A stretch of DNA of 64,000 nt from an uncultured Oscillospiraceae bacterium. Lineage in GTDB: Bacteria > Bacillota > Clostridia > Oscillospirales > Acutalibacteraceae. The notes beneath the pieces are model-generated. The model was not told the DNA's origin, did no database searches, and worked only from the letters and a program-made list of their open reading frames with translations. The stretch spans positions 1,483-65,482 of the forward strand of contig CABQLY010000011.1 of assembly GCA_902465155.1 (NCBI GenBank), written 5' to 3'. How positions within the stretch are numbered: the stretch's first letter is position 1; the number at the start of each line of letters is the position of its first letter. A program made the position numbers and the translations under genes. Shown here in pieces: positions 1 through 11,600 of this stretch.

Positions 1-1151
1 GAGGCAATAAACAGCCCTCTGGAAACGCACTCGGCCACCCACTCCTGGTGCAGCATAAGGCTGTTATCGTTCGCAATGCGCAAATAAAACAGTGCCGGCT
101 CGCCCGAAACAACCAGCTCAAACCCGTGCTCGGCCGCGGCGGCTTTAAAGCCCTCGGTTAGCTTAGTGCCGTTTTCGCGGAACAGGCGTGGGGTGTCTAA
201 CGCCTTCATTTTATTTAGGGTTGCAATGCAGGCGGCAAAGGGCACGGCGCTCATCCAGTAGGAGCCGGTAAAGGAAAGGGAGGAGGCAGTGGCCTTTAAA
301 TGCTCCCCGCCGCAGGCAGCCGACATATTGTACCCGTTGGCCAGCGCTTTGCAAAAGCAAATAATATCGGCTTTAAAGCCGTAGTAGTGGTCGGAGCCGG
401 CTAAATCTAACCGAAAGCCCGCTCGAACATCGTCAATAATCAGCAGCATGCCGTGCTTGTCGCAAAATTCGCGCACTTGGCGCCAATATTCCCGGTTGGC
501 TACCCGGTTATCGGCAAAATTGCCGTGGTCGTACGGCTGGGCAATTAGGGCGGCAACATCGCCGTTGCAGGCGTCGTAGGCCTGCTGTAAAGCGTTTAAA
601 TCAAACCACGGAATTACCCGGTTGTTGGCAACATCCTCGGGCAAAATGCCGGGGTAATCTACCTTCATGGCCCACTGGTCGTTGCCGTGGTAGTAGCCCT
701 CTAAAAAAAAGATCTTTTTTTTGCCGGTGTGGGCACGGGCGCACAAAACCGAAAAGGTGGTGGCGTCGGTGCCGTTTTTCATAAAATACGCCCAATCGGC
801 GCAGGCAACGGTATCTACCAGCAGCTCGGCGCACTCAACCATTTTGTAAGAGGGGGCCGTTACGCAGTTTTCAATTTTAAGCTGGGCAATGGCGGCGGCG
901 TCAATATCCGGGTCGTTGTACCCTAAAACATTCGGGCCGTAGGCGCACATAAGGTCTAAATAACGGTTATCGTCCATATCCCAAAAATAGGCGCCCTTTG
1001 CGCGGGAGCTAATCAGCGGCCATTTTTCCATAGGCAAAAACAGCCCCTCGGAAGGGCCTTGGTGGCCGTATACGCCGGAGGGAATAACCTTTAAAGCCCG
1101 GTTGAACCAGGCGCGGCTTTTTTCGTGCGAATATTCTTTAAATTCTGCCAT
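1..1151 (-). CDS. PLP-dependent class-III aminotransferase (glutamate-1-semialdehyde aminomutase-like); C-terminal end lies beyond the left window edge
   Basis: Not in the supplied ORF track (no stop inside the window). Manual minus-strand translation from the ATG at 1151 reads MAEFKEYSHEKSRAWFNRALKVIPSGVYGHQGP...IIDDVRAGFRLDLAGSDHYYGFKADIICFCKALANGY... and stays open to base 1. GGAGGAG Shine-Dalgarno at 1158-1164. Confidence 0.8.
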   Translation of the reverse strand, partial: MAEFKEYSHEKSRAWFNRALKVIPSGVYGHQGPSEGLFLPMEKWPLISSRAKGAYFWDMDDNRYLDLMCAYGPNVLGYNDPDIDAAAIAQLKIENCVTAPSYKMVECAELLVDTVACADWAYFMKNGTDATTFSVLCARAHTGKKKIFFLEGYYHGNDQWAMKVDYPGILPEDVANNRVIPWFDLNALQQAYDACNGDVAALIAQPYDHGNFADNRVANREYWRQVREFCDKHGMLLIIDDVRAGFRLDLAGSDHYYGFKADIICFCKALANGYNMSAACGGEHLKATASSLSFTGSYWMSAVPFAACIATLNKMKALDTPRLFRENGTKLTEGFKAAAAEHGFELVVSGEPALFYLRIANDNSLMLHQEWVAECVSRGLFIA

Positions 1152-1167
1152 TTTAAACTCCTCCTAC

Positions 1168-1932
1168 TTAGGCTAAGTAAACCGCAACCCGGTCTAAAAT
1201 GCGGTTAATATTATCTAACATCGAGATCATGCCGCTCAGCCGAATGGTGCCCTTGCACATTTCGTTTACGGTTGAAACCTCGCCGGCAAACAGGCCGTGC
1301 GCCAGCTCTAAGCTGGCAAATTCCATAACGGCACGCGGGTTTTCGGCCGGCTGCTTTAGGGTTGTAAAACGGTGGTCTTTTACCAAAATGGTAACCGATG
1401 CGCCGCCCTTAATACCCAGCGAAACCTCGCCGTCTACCGTGTAGCGGGCCGACTCTTTGGAAATGGGGTCGTTATTAGCTAACGCCGAGACCGCCCCCGC
1501 CACGGTGTAAAGGGTTATTAAAGTGTTCAGCTTAAAAAAATCGGGGTTCTTTAGCTGTTCCGGCTTTGGCTGCAGCACCTCGCTTAAACGGTTGGTCAGC
1601 TTGGTAAACGGCCCGGTTAAAAACTGCAAAACGGCAAGGGGGTTTTTGGTAGGCAGCCCCGGCTTGGATTCGGCAATAAGGGCGTTAAATTTTTCGGGGG
1701 AGGCAAAGCTCATTTTGCAGGTGCAGTGCTTTTCCCCCTCCTGCATTTGGCAGCCGTTTTTACTAAAGGCAAAGGTGCAGCACGGCCCGCCTTTTACGCT
1801 AAAGCAAAGGGCAACCGGCTTTTTTAGCTCGGCTAAAATGCTTTGGGCCTGCGCGTCTAACGCGCAAAGGTTTTCCAGCGCGCCTAAAATGCCGTACATA
1901 TTTACATAGGCTAATGCGGTGGTGTCTTTCAT
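1168..1932 (-). CDS. Hypothetical protein with an SCP2/sterol-carrier-like C-terminal region
   Basis: ORF 1168..1974. The internal Met (MKDTTALAY) at 1932 is the preferred start. The C-terminal ...LELAHGLFAGEVSTVNEMCKGTIRLSGMISMLDNINRIL resembles SCP2-fold proteins. It lies 16 nt upstream of the aminotransferase, so they are probably co-transcribed. Confidence 0.45.
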   Translation of the reverse strand: MKDTTALAYVNMYGILGALENLCALDAQAQSILAELKKPVALCFSVKGGPCCTFAFSKNGCQMQEGEKHCTCKMSFASPEKFNALIAESKPGLPTKNPLAVLQFLTGPFTKLTNRLSEVLQPKPEQLKNPDFFKLNTLITLYTVAGAVSALANNDPISKESARYTVDGEVSLGIKGGASVTILVKDHRFTTLKQPAENPRAVMEFASLELAHGLFAGEVSTVNEMCKGTIRLSGMISMLDNINRILDRVAVYLA

Positions 1933-2107
1933 AAAAATCGCTCCTTTTAAAAATTTTAAAGCTTCTCGCGCCAAAGGCCGGGGCGGGGTTTGCGGCAGCC
2001 GTTGCCCGCAAAGCGCGGTTTTTGCGTTGTTGCGGCGCTTTGGCCCAAAACCGCTTTGCGGCCGCGGTAAAAGCCAAAGGTAACAGCTTAAAAAGCAAGG
2101 GGTAAAA

Positions 2108-2677
2108 TTAAATTGTGTCGTCCAGCGGTTTTGAAAATGCCGGTAAAAATTCCTTTAAAAAAACGGTACACTCGGGCAGGTTCAGCTGCTCAATGGCCTG
2201 CAGGGTGCTTTGCTCGGCCTTTTCAAACTCGCGGTTGCCAAGGGTTAATTCCTCGCGGCATTTAATAAGGGCCGAAAGCTTGTCGGCCGCTTTTACCAGC
2301 TGCTGCACCTCGGGCGGGGGGCTGTAAAGCGGCTCGTAATCGGGCTTAAGGTCGGGCGGCAGCAGAGCCAAAAGCTGCTTTTCGGCGGTTTGCTCAATGG
2401 CCTTGTAGGCGCCCTTAATGCTGCTGTTGTAATACTTAACCGGGGTGGGCAGGTCGCCGGTTAGTACCTCGGTAGTGTCGTGAAATAAAGCAGCTGCGGC
2501 GCAGGCGTACGGGTCGACGCTGCCGCCAAAGCGCCGGTTGCGAATAACGGCTAAGCTGTGGGCAATAAAGGCGGTTTCCAGCGAATGCTCGCTTAGCGTT
2601 TCGGGGTGTGAATTGCGCATTAAGGCCCAGCGGCGAATATGCTTCATGCGAAAAAGCATGGCGTAATAGCTGCTCAT
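2108..2677 (-). CDS. yfbR: HD-domain 5'-deoxynucleotidase, YfbR-like
   Basis: 189 aa. Contains MKHIRRW...NSHPETLSEHSLETAFIAH...LFHDTTEVLTGDLPTPVK, the HD metal-binding pattern typical of YfbR. Confidence 0.8.
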   Translation of the reverse strand: MSSYYAMLFRMKHIRRWALMRNSHPETLSEHSLETAFIAHSLAVIRNRRFGGSVDPYACAAAALFHDTTEVLTGDLPTPVKYYNSSIKGAYKAIEQTAEKQLLALLPPDLKPDYEPLYSPPPEVQQLVKAADKLSALIKCREELTLGNREFEKAEQSTLQAIEQLNLPECTVFLKEFLPAFSKPLDDTI

Positions 2678-2785
2678 GGCGGGTTCTCCTTAAAAAATAT
2701 TGTAAATTTTAGTACTCTTACATTGAATATTATAACAAAAAATGCTATAATAGCAATAGCTTTTTTAAAACTGGGGGGTTGCCGG

Positions 2786-4093
2786 TTGCCGCAAACAAGT
2801 TTAGAAAAAACAAGCTGCCGGCAAAGGGTTTGGCAGTTTGTACTGCCGGCCGGGTTTATTTTAATGGGCTTTGCGTTGGCGCTGCGCCTGGTTGCCGGCG
2901 TTGCCTATTACAACGAGCAGGATACTTTTTGGTACCGCGACTGGGCGTTTGACCTTTCAAACGGCTTTTTCAGCGTTTATGCGCGGGCCGATCAGATCTC
3001 GTTGGATTACCCTCCATTATACCTTTTTTTGCTTGCAATTACAAACCTTTTTTACAAAATTTTAGGGCGGGATTGCAGCGCTTATTTGCAAATGCTGCTT
3101 TTAAAGCTTTGGCCCATTTTAGCCGATTTTATTTTTGGTCTGCTGCTGTACCGGCTGTTAGGGCGCAAGTTTGGCCGGGCAACCGGGCTTTGTGCCGCGC
3201 TGCTTTGGCTGTTTGACCCGGCGGTTATTTTTAACTCGGCCTTTTGGGGGCAAACCGACGGCCTGCTGTGTATGCTTTTGTTTTTAAGCTATTGGCAGCT
3301 GCTGCAAAACCGGCCAGTTTGGGCCGGCGTGTTGTTTGCCGTTGCCGGGCTAACCAAATTTCAAGCTTTGTTCTTTTTGCCGGTGTTTTTGTGGTTTTTG
3401 TGGCAAAAAAGCCGCCCGGCAAAGTTTTTTGGCAGTGTGGCCGCTGCGGCCGCAACCGTTTTGGCGGTGTTTTTGCCTTTTAGCGTAGGCGCCAAAAATC
3501 CGCTGCTGTTATTTCAGGTTTACCTTGGCGGGCAGGGTGCGTACCAAAAATGCACCTTAAACGCCTTTAACCTTTACGCGCTGTTTTTTAAAAATTTTAG
3601 TGAGGATTCGCTGCCCTCGCCCTTTGGCGTTTCGTACAGCGTTTTAAACTATTTTGTTTTGGCGGCCTTAGCCGTTTTGCTGGCGCTGCTGCTTTGGCGG
3701 GCGCGCCGGCCGTGCGTTTTTGTCACCTCGTTTTTGTGGATGAACAGCCTGTTTTTGTTTACCACCCGCATGCACGAGCGGTACCAGTTTGTTTCGGTAA
3801 TGTTTATTTTAATTGCCGCTGTTTTGCACAAAAACCGCAGCCTGCTTTGCTGCTACGCCGCCACCACGGCCTTAGTGCTGGCCAACCACCTGCTGCCAAT
3901 GCTAAGCTGGAACGGCGCGGCCGATTTTAATTATTACAGCTACAGCCTGCTGCTGGCAATTTTCTCGCTTTTGAATTTTTTAACCTACCTGGTAACCACC
4001 GGGGTGTGTGTAGCCTTTTTGCTGGGGCAGCCCCCAAAGGCGGCACCAGACCCTAAAAATAACCCAATTTGTAAGGAGGATCAGCTGAGATGA
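2786..4093 (+). CDS. Polytopic GT-C-fold membrane glycosyltransferase (PMT_2/Gpi18-like)
   Basis: ORF 2639..4093. Its upstream part overlaps yfbR on the other strand. TTG at 2786 sits 7 nt after GGGGGG; ATG at 2864 is the alternative start. Many TM segments and a DYPPLYLFLL loop motif. The stop overlaps the next gene's start (ATGA at 4090). Confidence 0.55.
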   Translation: MPQTSLEKTSCRQRVWQFVLPAGFILMGFALALRLVAGVAYYNEQDTFWYRDWAFDLSNGFFSVYARADQISLDYPPLYLFLLAITNLFYKILGRDCSAYLQMLLLKLWPILADFIFGLLLYRLLGRKFGRATGLCAALLWLFDPAVIFNSAFWGQTDGLLCMLLFLSYWQLLQNRPVWAGVLFAVAGLTKFQALFFLPVFLWFLWQKSRPAKFFGSVAAAAATVLAVFLPFSVGAKNPLLLFQVYLGGQGAYQKCTLNAFNLYALFFKNFSEDSLPSPFGVSYSVLNYFVLAALAVLLALLLWRARRPCVFVTSFLWMNSLFLFTTRMHERYQFVSVMFILIAAVLHKNRSLLCCYAATTALVLANHLLPMLSWNGAADFNYYSYSLLLAIFSLLNFLTYLVTTGVCVAFLLGQPPKAAPDPKNNPICKEDQLR

Positions 4094-6831
4094 ACTTTGG
4101 GGCTAAAAAACTGCAATTACCGGGCAACCGTAAGGAGCTGCGGCTTTCTACCTTTTTGCTGGCGCTTTGCGTGGCGGCCATTTGCTTTGTGCCCTTTATG
4201 ATTTTTGACCGGGGCTATTTTTTGTTTTTCGGCGATTTTAATGTTCAGCAAATTCCGTTTTACAAGCTGGCGCACGAGGCTATTCGCACCGGGCAGTGGG
4301 GCTGGAGCTGGACAACCGACCTTGGCGCGAATTTTATTGCCTCTTACAGCTTTTATTTGCTGGGCAGCCCGTTTTTTTGGCTAACGCTGCCTTTTCCAAC
4401 AAATTTTGTGCCGTACCTTATGGGCCCGCTGCTAATTTTAAAATTTGCCTGTGCGGCGCTAACGGCTTACTGTTACATTCGCCGCTTTACCCGCACGCCC
4501 GAGTCGGCGCGGCTTTGCGCGCTTTTGTACGCTTTTTCCGGCTTTTCGGTTTACAACATCTTTTTTAACCATTTTCACGAGGCTATTATTATTTTCCCGC
4601 TGCTGCTGTTGGGGTTAGAGCTGCTGATTACCGAGAACCGCCGCGGGGTGTTTGCCGCCGCGGTAGCCGCCAGCGCGTTAATTAATTACTTTTTCTTTTT
4701 TGGAATGGTTGTTTTTTGCGTAATTTACTGGGTAGTGCGGGTTTGCTCGGGCTGCTACAAGCAAAAGCTCTCCTCCTTTTTCTGTATGCTTTTCGAGGCG
4801 GTTTTGGGCCTTTGCCTGGCGGCGGTGCTGCTGGTGCCCTCTATTTACATTATTGCGCAGAACAGCCGGGTCAGCTCTTTTTTAGTGGGGTGGAACGCCA
4901 TTACCTACGGCAAGGAGCAAATTTACCTAAATGTGCTGCAATGCTTTTTCTTTCCGCCCGATCTGCCGGCTCGGCCGGTGTTTTTCCCGGGGGCCGATGT
5001 AAAATGGTCCTCCCTTGGGGGGTGGCTGCCGCTGTTTTCAATGGTAGGGGTGTTTGCCTACCTGCAAAACAAAAAGCGCACCTGGCTGCGCCGAATGATT
5101 GGAATTTGCATTTTCATGGCCCTGGTGCCGGTGCTGAACAGCGCATTTTACCTGTTTAACACCGCCTATTACGCCCGCTGGTTTTATATGCCAATTTTGC
5201 TAATGTGCTTGGCAACCGCCCGCTGCTTGGAGGATGCCGAGTTGGATTGGTCTACCCCGTTTCGCTGGGTGGCCGGTATTACCGTTGCAACGGTGGCGGT
5301 TATTGGCTTTTTTCCGCGGGAGATGGAAAACGGCGTGATTACCAAATTTGGGCTGTACACCGAATCGGAGGATAATACCTACCTATTCCGTTTTCTTGTA
5401 ACATCCTCTATTGCGCTGCTGGCCTTGGTGGTGCTTTGGCTGCTGCTGAAAAAAATTAAAACCAACCGTAAACAGTTTATGGCCGGGGCCACGGCGGCGG
5501 TTTGCCTGTTCAGCGTTTTGTACACGGTGTACTTTATTGGCACCGGCAAGGCCCATTCTTACGACACTAAAACCGTTATGATAGATTCGCTGCTGGAAAA
5601 CACCGTAGACCTGCCGGGCGACCGCACCACCTACCGTATTGATGTTTACGACGGGGTAGATAACACCGCCATGTATTTAAATTACAGCGGCATTAACGCC
5701 TTTCACTCTATTGTGCCAAAAAGCGTTACCGATTTTTGGGAATATGTTGGGGAGGAGCGCGGCGTTGGCAGCCGCCCAAAAACCGATACGGTTGCCGCCC
5801 GGGCGCTGCTTGGCGTTAAATATTTGCTTGCCCGGGAGGGCGGCGATTCCTTTGTAGAGGATTCCGGCGAGCCGAAAATGGCCGGTTTTACCTATGTTAC
5901 CTCGCAAAGCGGGTACAAGGTTTACCAAAACGAGAATTATATTCCCTACGGCTTTACCTACGATTATTACATGACCGACGAGCAATGCAAATCGGCCTTT
6001 ACCGAGGCGCAGCGCAGCAATATGATGTTAAAAGCAATGCTTTTAAGCAACGACCAGATTGCAAAATACAGCTACTGCCTAAAAAACTTGGCGGTAGATA
6101 ACGCCGTAGACGCCGAAAGCTTTAGCACCACTGCCTTTAGCTTTGCCCTTACCGATGACGAAATGGCCGAGGACGCCGCCGCCCGTCGGGCCAATGCGGT
6201 TTCAACCTTTACCAGGGAGAAAAACGGTTTTTCCGCTTCCATTACGCTGGAAAAAGATAATTTAGTATTCTTTTCGGTACCGTACGAGGAGGGCTGGAGC
6301 GCTACGGTAAACGGCGCGCCCGTAGAGGTAGAAAAGGTGAATGTTGGCTTTATGGCCGTACTTTGCCACGCCGGAGAAAATACGATTGAATTTAAATACC
6401 AAACGCCGTACCTTGCCTTAGGCGTTAAAATAACCGGGGCTGCCCTGTTATTTTTTGCAGGATATTGCTTAGTTTGCCTGCTGCTGCGGCATCGCGGTAA
6501 GTTGGCCGTGCCGGAGTATCCCGAGGGCGAAAAGCTGCTGCAGGAGTGGAAAGCAGACGCCGTAGCCGAAAAGCTGCAGCAACCGCCCGAGGAGCCGGAA
6601 CCCACCACCGACCTTTTAGCCAAGGCCGCGCAGGACCTTGCACATGACAGCTACTACACCCCGGATTTTGAACAGGGCTTTTTTGTAGTAACGCAGCAGG
6701 AGCAGAAAAACAGCGAGCCGCAAAGCGGTAGGGCTGCCCCGGGTACTAACGGTGCTTTAAACGGTAACAGTGACCCAAGTGCCAACAAAGAGCCGAACAC
6801 CAACGGTGACCCGAGCGGCAACGGCAATTAA
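4090..6831 (+). CDS. yfhO: YfhO-family membrane protein (glycan/teichoic-acid glycosylation) with an N/P/S/G-rich C-terminal tail
   Basis: 913 aa. The N-terminal FFGDFNVQQIPFYKLAHEAIRTGQWGWSW...SYSFYLLGSPFFWL is characteristic of YfhO. Translationally coupled to the upstream GT-C gene. Confidence 0.8.
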   Translation: MNFGAKKLQLPGNRKELRLSTFLLALCVAAICFVPFMIFDRGYFLFFGDFNVQQIPFYKLAHEAIRTGQWGWSWTTDLGANFIASYSFYLLGSPFFWLTLPFPTNFVPYLMGPLLILKFACAALTAYCYIRRFTRTPESARLCALLYAFSGFSVYNIFFNHFHEAIIIFPLLLLGLELLITENRRGVFAAAVAASALINYFFFFGMVVFCVIYWVVRVCSGCYKQKLSSFFCMLFEAVLGLCLAAVLLVPSIYIIAQNSRVSSFLVGWNAITYGKEQIYLNVLQCFFFPPDLPARPVFFPGADVKWSSLGGWLPLFSMVGVFAYLQNKKRTWLRRMIGICIFMALVPVLNSAFYLFNTAYYARWFYMPILLMCLATARCLEDAELDWSTPFRWVAGITVATVAVIGFFPREMENGVITKFGLYTESEDNTYLFRFLVTSSIALLALVVLWLLLKKIKTNRKQFMAGATAAVCLFSVLYTVYFIGTGKAHSYDTKTVMIDSLLENTVDLPGDRTTYRIDVYDGVDNTAMYLNYSGINAFHSIVPKSVTDFWEYVGEERGVGSRPKTDTVAARALLGVKYLLAREGGDSFVEDSGEPKMAGFTYVTSQSGYKVYQNENYIPYGFTYDYYMTDEQCKSAFTEAQRSNMMLKAMLLSNDQIAKYSYCLKNLAVDNAVDAESFSTTAFSFALTDDEMAEDAAARRANAVSTFTREKNGFSASITLEKDNLVFFSVPYEEGWSATVNGAPVEVEKVNVGFMAVLCHAGENTIEFKYQTPYLALGVKITGAALLFFAGYCLVCLLLRHRGKLAVPEYPEGEKLLQEWKADAVAEKLQQPPEEPEPTTDLLAKAAQDLAHDSYYTPDFEQGFFVVTQQEQKNSEPQSGRAAPGTNGALNGNSDPSANKEPNTNGDPSGNGN

Positions 6832-6957
6832 AACGGCAGGCCAAACAACCCAAACTGTTAAGCATTAAAACAGCCGGTCTGCCAAATTGCCCAGCGGCCA
6901 ATTTTGGGGCAACCAAACCGCTCGGCTGCACCTTTAAACGCCACACGGAGGAAAATT

Positions 6958-7701
6958 ATGCCGCGTTTTTTTAAAACCAATATTGAACAGGACCCGGCCT
7001 TGACCGGGCCCGACGCCGCCCATGCTGCAAAGTCTTTGCGGGTGCGCGTGGGGGAAAAGCTAATTGTTTGCAACACAAAAGGGCTTGATTATCACTGCGC
7101 CGTTGCAGCCGTAACGCCGCAGCGGGTAGAGCTAAGCATTTTGCAAAAGGTGCCGACCGTAAGCGAGCCGGATATTGCCGTTACCCTTTGCCCCTGCCTT
7201 ATGAAAGGGGATAAGCTGGAAACGGTAATTCGCCACGGGGTTGAGCTTGGTGTAACGGCGTTTTTGCCGCTTTATTCGGCTAATTGCGTTTCTAAGCCTA
7301 ACGAAAAAGCCTTAGCCGGTAAGCTTGAGCGGTGGAACAAGCTGGCTGCCGAGGCCGCAGGGCAAAGCGGGCGGGGCATTTTGCCGCAGGTGTACCCGGC
7401 GGTGCCGCTTACGCAGCTTGTTAAAGAGCTGCAAGAGCGGTTTGATCTAACACTGTTTTTTTACGAGGCAGGGGGCGAGCCGTTGGGGCAGCTGATGTGG
7501 GAGCACAGCCGCAGCGAAAAGCCTTTAAAAACCGTTTGCGTTATTACCGGGCCGGAGGGGGGCTTTACCCCGGCCGAGGCCGAGCTTCTGCAGGCCGCCG
7601 GCGCCAAAACCGTAACCTTAGGCAAGCGCATTTTACGGGCCGAAACCGCCCCACTGGCTGCCGTAACTGGCTTAATGCTGTTAACCGATAATTTAGAATA
7701 A
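6958..7701 (+). CDS. rsmE: 16S rRNA (uracil1498-N3)-methyltransferase RsmE
   Basis: Start MPRFFK at 6958 with GGAGG 7 nt upstream. The C-terminal ITGPEGGFTPAEAE...LGKRILRAETAPLAA is the RsmE SPOUT knot motif. Confidence 0.85.
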   Translation: MPRFFKTNIEQDPALTGPDAAHAAKSLRVRVGEKLIVCNTKGLDYHCAVAAVTPQRVELSILQKVPTVSEPDIAVTLCPCLMKGDKLETVIRHGVELGVTAFLPLYSANCVSKPNEKALAGKLERWNKLAAEAAGQSGRGILPQVYPAVPLTQLVKELQERFDLTLFFYEAGGEPLGQLMWEHSRSEKPLKTVCVITGPEGGFTPAEAELLQAAGAKTVTLGKRILRAETAPLAAVTGLMLLTDNLE

Positions 7702-7796
7702 AATCACCTAATTACCTTACTATTACATTTGCCCGGCTGCAGGGGGGCACTTTTGCCGCCTTTAGCGGCCGCTGCACGCAAAGGAACTTTACGCTT

Positions 7797-8390
7797 ATGA
7801 AAAATCCGTTTTTAAAAAGCACGGTAGATTATTTAATTGTAGGGCTGGGCAACCCCGGGCTGGAGTACGAAAAAACCCGCCACAACTTGGGCTTTCGCTG
7901 CATGGATACTTTGTGCGAACAGCAGGGTATTGCTTTAGAAAGGGTTAAATTTAACGCCCGCTTTGCCGCCGGCAGCCTTGGCGCAAAGCGCTGCCTTTTT
8001 TTAAAGCCCCAAACCTACATGAATAATTCGGGCGAGTCGGTTGCCGCGGCCATGCGCTTTTACAAGCTGCACCCCGAGCAGCTGCTGGTTATTTTTGACG
8101 ATATTTCGCTGCCGGTGGGGCGGCTGCGTATTCGCCAAAAAGGCTCGGCCGGCGGGCACAACGGGATTAAAAGTATTATTGAGCTGTTGGGCAGCGACGC
8201 CTTTTTGCGCATTAAAATTGGCTGCGGGCAAAAGCCAACGCCGGCGTACAATTTGGCCGACTGGGTGCTGGGTAAATTCCCCCCGGAGGATGAAAAAATA
8301 ATTCAACAGGTGCTGCCGCGCGCGGCCGAGGCGGTTGTTTGCGTGGTAGAAAAGGGCGTCGAATCGGCCATGGGCCGCTACAACGGTTAG
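7797..8390 (+). CDS. pth: Peptidyl-tRNA hydrolase
   Basis: LIVGLGNPGLEYEKTRHNLGF...GGHNGIKSI motifs. Classic pth-mfd adjacency. Confidence 0.95.
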   Translation: MKNPFLKSTVDYLIVGLGNPGLEYEKTRHNLGFRCMDTLCEQQGIALERVKFNARFAAGSLGAKRCLFLKPQTYMNNSGESVAAAMRFYKLHPEQLLVIFDDISLPVGRLRIRQKGSAGGHNGIKSIIELLGSDAFLRIKIGCGQKPTPAYNLADWVLGKFPPEDEKIIQQVLPRAAEAVVCVVEKGVESAMGRYNG

Positions 8391-8640
8391 GTCGGCAGCC
8401 AAATGCCGCGCGGTTTGGCTTAACTTTATTTATGCAGTGCCGCGTTTTTTTGCCGGGCCAACGCCTTACGGGTCATTTTACCTTTGCGGCTGCACCAAAT
8501 AAGCAGCAAGGTTTAAAAACAAAATTTTGCTGGTGCGTGCAACTAATAAACAGTAAAATTTAACCAACAATTATTTTAACAAAGAAAAAATAAAGCTGAA
8601 AAAATTAAACTAAATTTTTTAGTCTTTTTAAGGGGGAACT

Positions 8641-11600
8641 ATGCACTTTTTAACCGGCGCCGCGTACCGTTTGCCCGGCGTACAAAAAACGGTAGAACAG
8701 CTGCTGGGCGGCGTTTCGCCCTGCGCTTTATTTGGGCTGCCCGAGGTTGCAAAGGCGGTTGTTTTGGCCTGCCTGCACGAAAAATGCGAGCGCCCCGTTT
8801 TGGTTGTAACCGCAACCGAGGCCGAGGCCTTAAGGCTGGGCACCGATGTAACCGCACTGGGCAAAAAAACCGTTATTTTGCCGGCAAGAGACTATGTTTT
8901 TACCCAAAACAGCGGCTTTTCGCGGGAATATGAGCATCGCCGCATACACGCCTTGTACCGGGTATTAAAGCAGGATTTTGACATTGCGTTTTGCGACGCG
9001 GAATCTTTAACCCAAATGACGGCGAACCAGGCCGCCTTTACCGCCGCCGGGTTTACCCTAAAAAGCGGCGACACGGTAGATTTAAACGCCCTGCGGGCAA
9101 GGCTTACCGGGCTGGGCTACCTTTGCACCGAGCAGGTAGACGGGCCCGGCCAGTTTGCTGTGCGCGGCGGCATTGTAGATGTTTTTTCCCCCGCGCACGA
9201 AAAGCCCGCCCGTTTAGAGCTTTGGGGTGATGAAATTGATCTGCTGAGCTATTTTTCTACCGAGGACCAACGGCGCAGCGACCCGTTAAGCGAGCTAACC
9301 GTTTTGCCGGCCTGTGAATTTTTTTACAACCCTGCCGAGCTGGCACAGCAGCTGTTAAAAAAAGCCGGCGCTTTAAAAAAAGCTAACGAAGCTTACCTGC
9401 GTCAACTGCGGCAGGACGCCGAGCTGCTGCAGGCCGGTGGTACCGTTTGCGCCGACCGCTATTTGCCTTACCTTAAAAACAAGCCGGTGCTGCCGGGGGA
9501 TTATTTTAAAAACTGCCTGCTGGTTTGCAGCGAGCAAAAAAATATTTCTCAGCGTCTAAAAAGCTTGGCCGCCGGCCGGTTAAACGATTTTACCGCCTTG
9601 GCAGAGGACGGCATTATTTTAAAAAACGCCGCCGATTTTTACGCCCCGCGCGGATATTTTACGCAGCTGGTTGGCCATATGCAAACGGTTTACCTCAGCA
9701 ATTTTACGCATGGCGGCTTTCCGGTTGCGCCAAGCGGCGTAGAATCAGTTACCGTGCGGCAAATTTCGCCCTACGGCGGCGCAATAGATGTATTATGTGA
9801 CGATCTGCGCCCCTGCGCGGCCGGTCGGGGCACCGGCGTTGTAGCGGTGTACGGCGAAAAAGCGGTAGATATTATGGCCGGCGAGCTGGCCGCCAACGGC
9901 TTTGCCGCCGCCCCGGCCAACATAAACCAATTGGCCGGCCCCGGCATTTTTGTTACGGCCTGCCCGCCCCTTTCGGCCGGGTTAGAACTGCCGGAGCTTA
10001 ACACCGTATTTTTAACCTACAAAACCGGCGCTGCCAAAAAGCGCCGGGTAAAAAAGCGCCGTAAGGAGGAAATTTTCAACTCCTTAGAGGAGCTAAAGGT
10101 TGGCGATTATGTAGTACACGCCGCGCACGGTATTGGCCGGTTTGACGGTATTCACCGTATTCGCACCGGCGATGTAACCAAGGATTATATTAAAATTAAA
10201 TACCGCGGCAGCGATGTTTTGTATTTGCCGGTTACCCAGCTGGATTTAGTTTCCCGCTATATTGGCGGCAGCGGCGAAAACGGGCCGGCCTTAAACCGCC
10301 TGGGCGGAACCGAGTGGCAAAAAACAAGGGCCCGCGTGCGTGCGGCTGTTAGCAATATTGCCAAAGAGCTAACCGCTCTATACGCCAAACGGATGCAACT
10401 GCCCGGCTACGCTTTTTCTAAGGATACCGACCTGCAAAGCGATTTTGAGCAGCGCTTTATTTACGAGGAAACGCAGGATCAGCTGCGTGCCATTCGTGAA
10501 ATTAAAAACGATATGGAGCGCCCGGTGCCAATGGATCGCTTGCTGTGCGGCGATGTTGGATTTGGCAAAACCGAGGTGGCGCTGCGTGCCGCGTTTAAAT
10601 GCATTTGCGACGGTAAGCAGTGCGCGTTGTTGGTGCCAACCACCATTTTGGCCTGGCAGCACTATTTAACCGCACAGGAGCGCATTGGCAATTTGCCGAT
10701 TCAGGTAGAGCTGCTTTCCCGTTTTAAAACCCCGAAGGAGACCGAGCGCATTTTAAAACGCCTGAAAACCGGAGATATTGACCTTATTGTTGGCACCCAC
10801 CGTTTAATTTCGAAGGATGTTGCATTTAAAGATTTGGGGCTGGTGATTATTGATGAGGAGCAGCGTTTTGGTGTAGCCCAAAAAGAAAAGCTAAAGGCGC
10901 TGCTGCCAACGGTAGATGTTTTAACCCTAACGGCTACCCCCATTCCCCGCACGCTGAATATGGCCATGTCCGGCATACGAGATATGTCCTCCATTGAGGA
11001 GGCCCCGCAGGATCGCTCCCCCGTTCAGACCTATGTTATTGAGCAAAACAGCGGCATTTTGCAGGAAGCCGTGCAGCGGGAGCTGCGGCGCGGCGGGCAG
11101 GTTTATTACCTGCACAATCGGGTAGAATCTATTCACACCTGCGCGCTGCGGCTGCAAAATGCTTTTCCTGCGGCCAACATTGGCGTAGCGCATGGAAAAA
11201 TGGGTGAGGAGGAGCTTTCGGAAATTTGGCACCGCCTGCTGGAAAAAGAGATTGACATTTTAGTTTGTACCACGATTATTGAAACCGGGGTAGATGTGCC
11301 AAATGTAAATACGCTGATTATAGAGGACGCCGACCGCATGGGCCTGGCCCAGCTGCACCAGCTGCGCGGGCGGGTTGGGCGTTCGGCCCGGCGCGGGTAC
11401 GCGTACTTTTGCTTTCGCCCCGGCAAGGCGCTAAGCGAGGTGGCCGAAAAGCGGTTAGAGGCCATTCGGGAGTACACCGCTTTTGGCTCCGGCTTTAAAA
11501 TTGCCATGCGCGATTTAGAAATTCGTGGTGCGGGCAGCATTTTAGGCGGCGAGCAGCACGGACACATGGAGGCGGTTGGGTACGATATGTACCTAAAGCT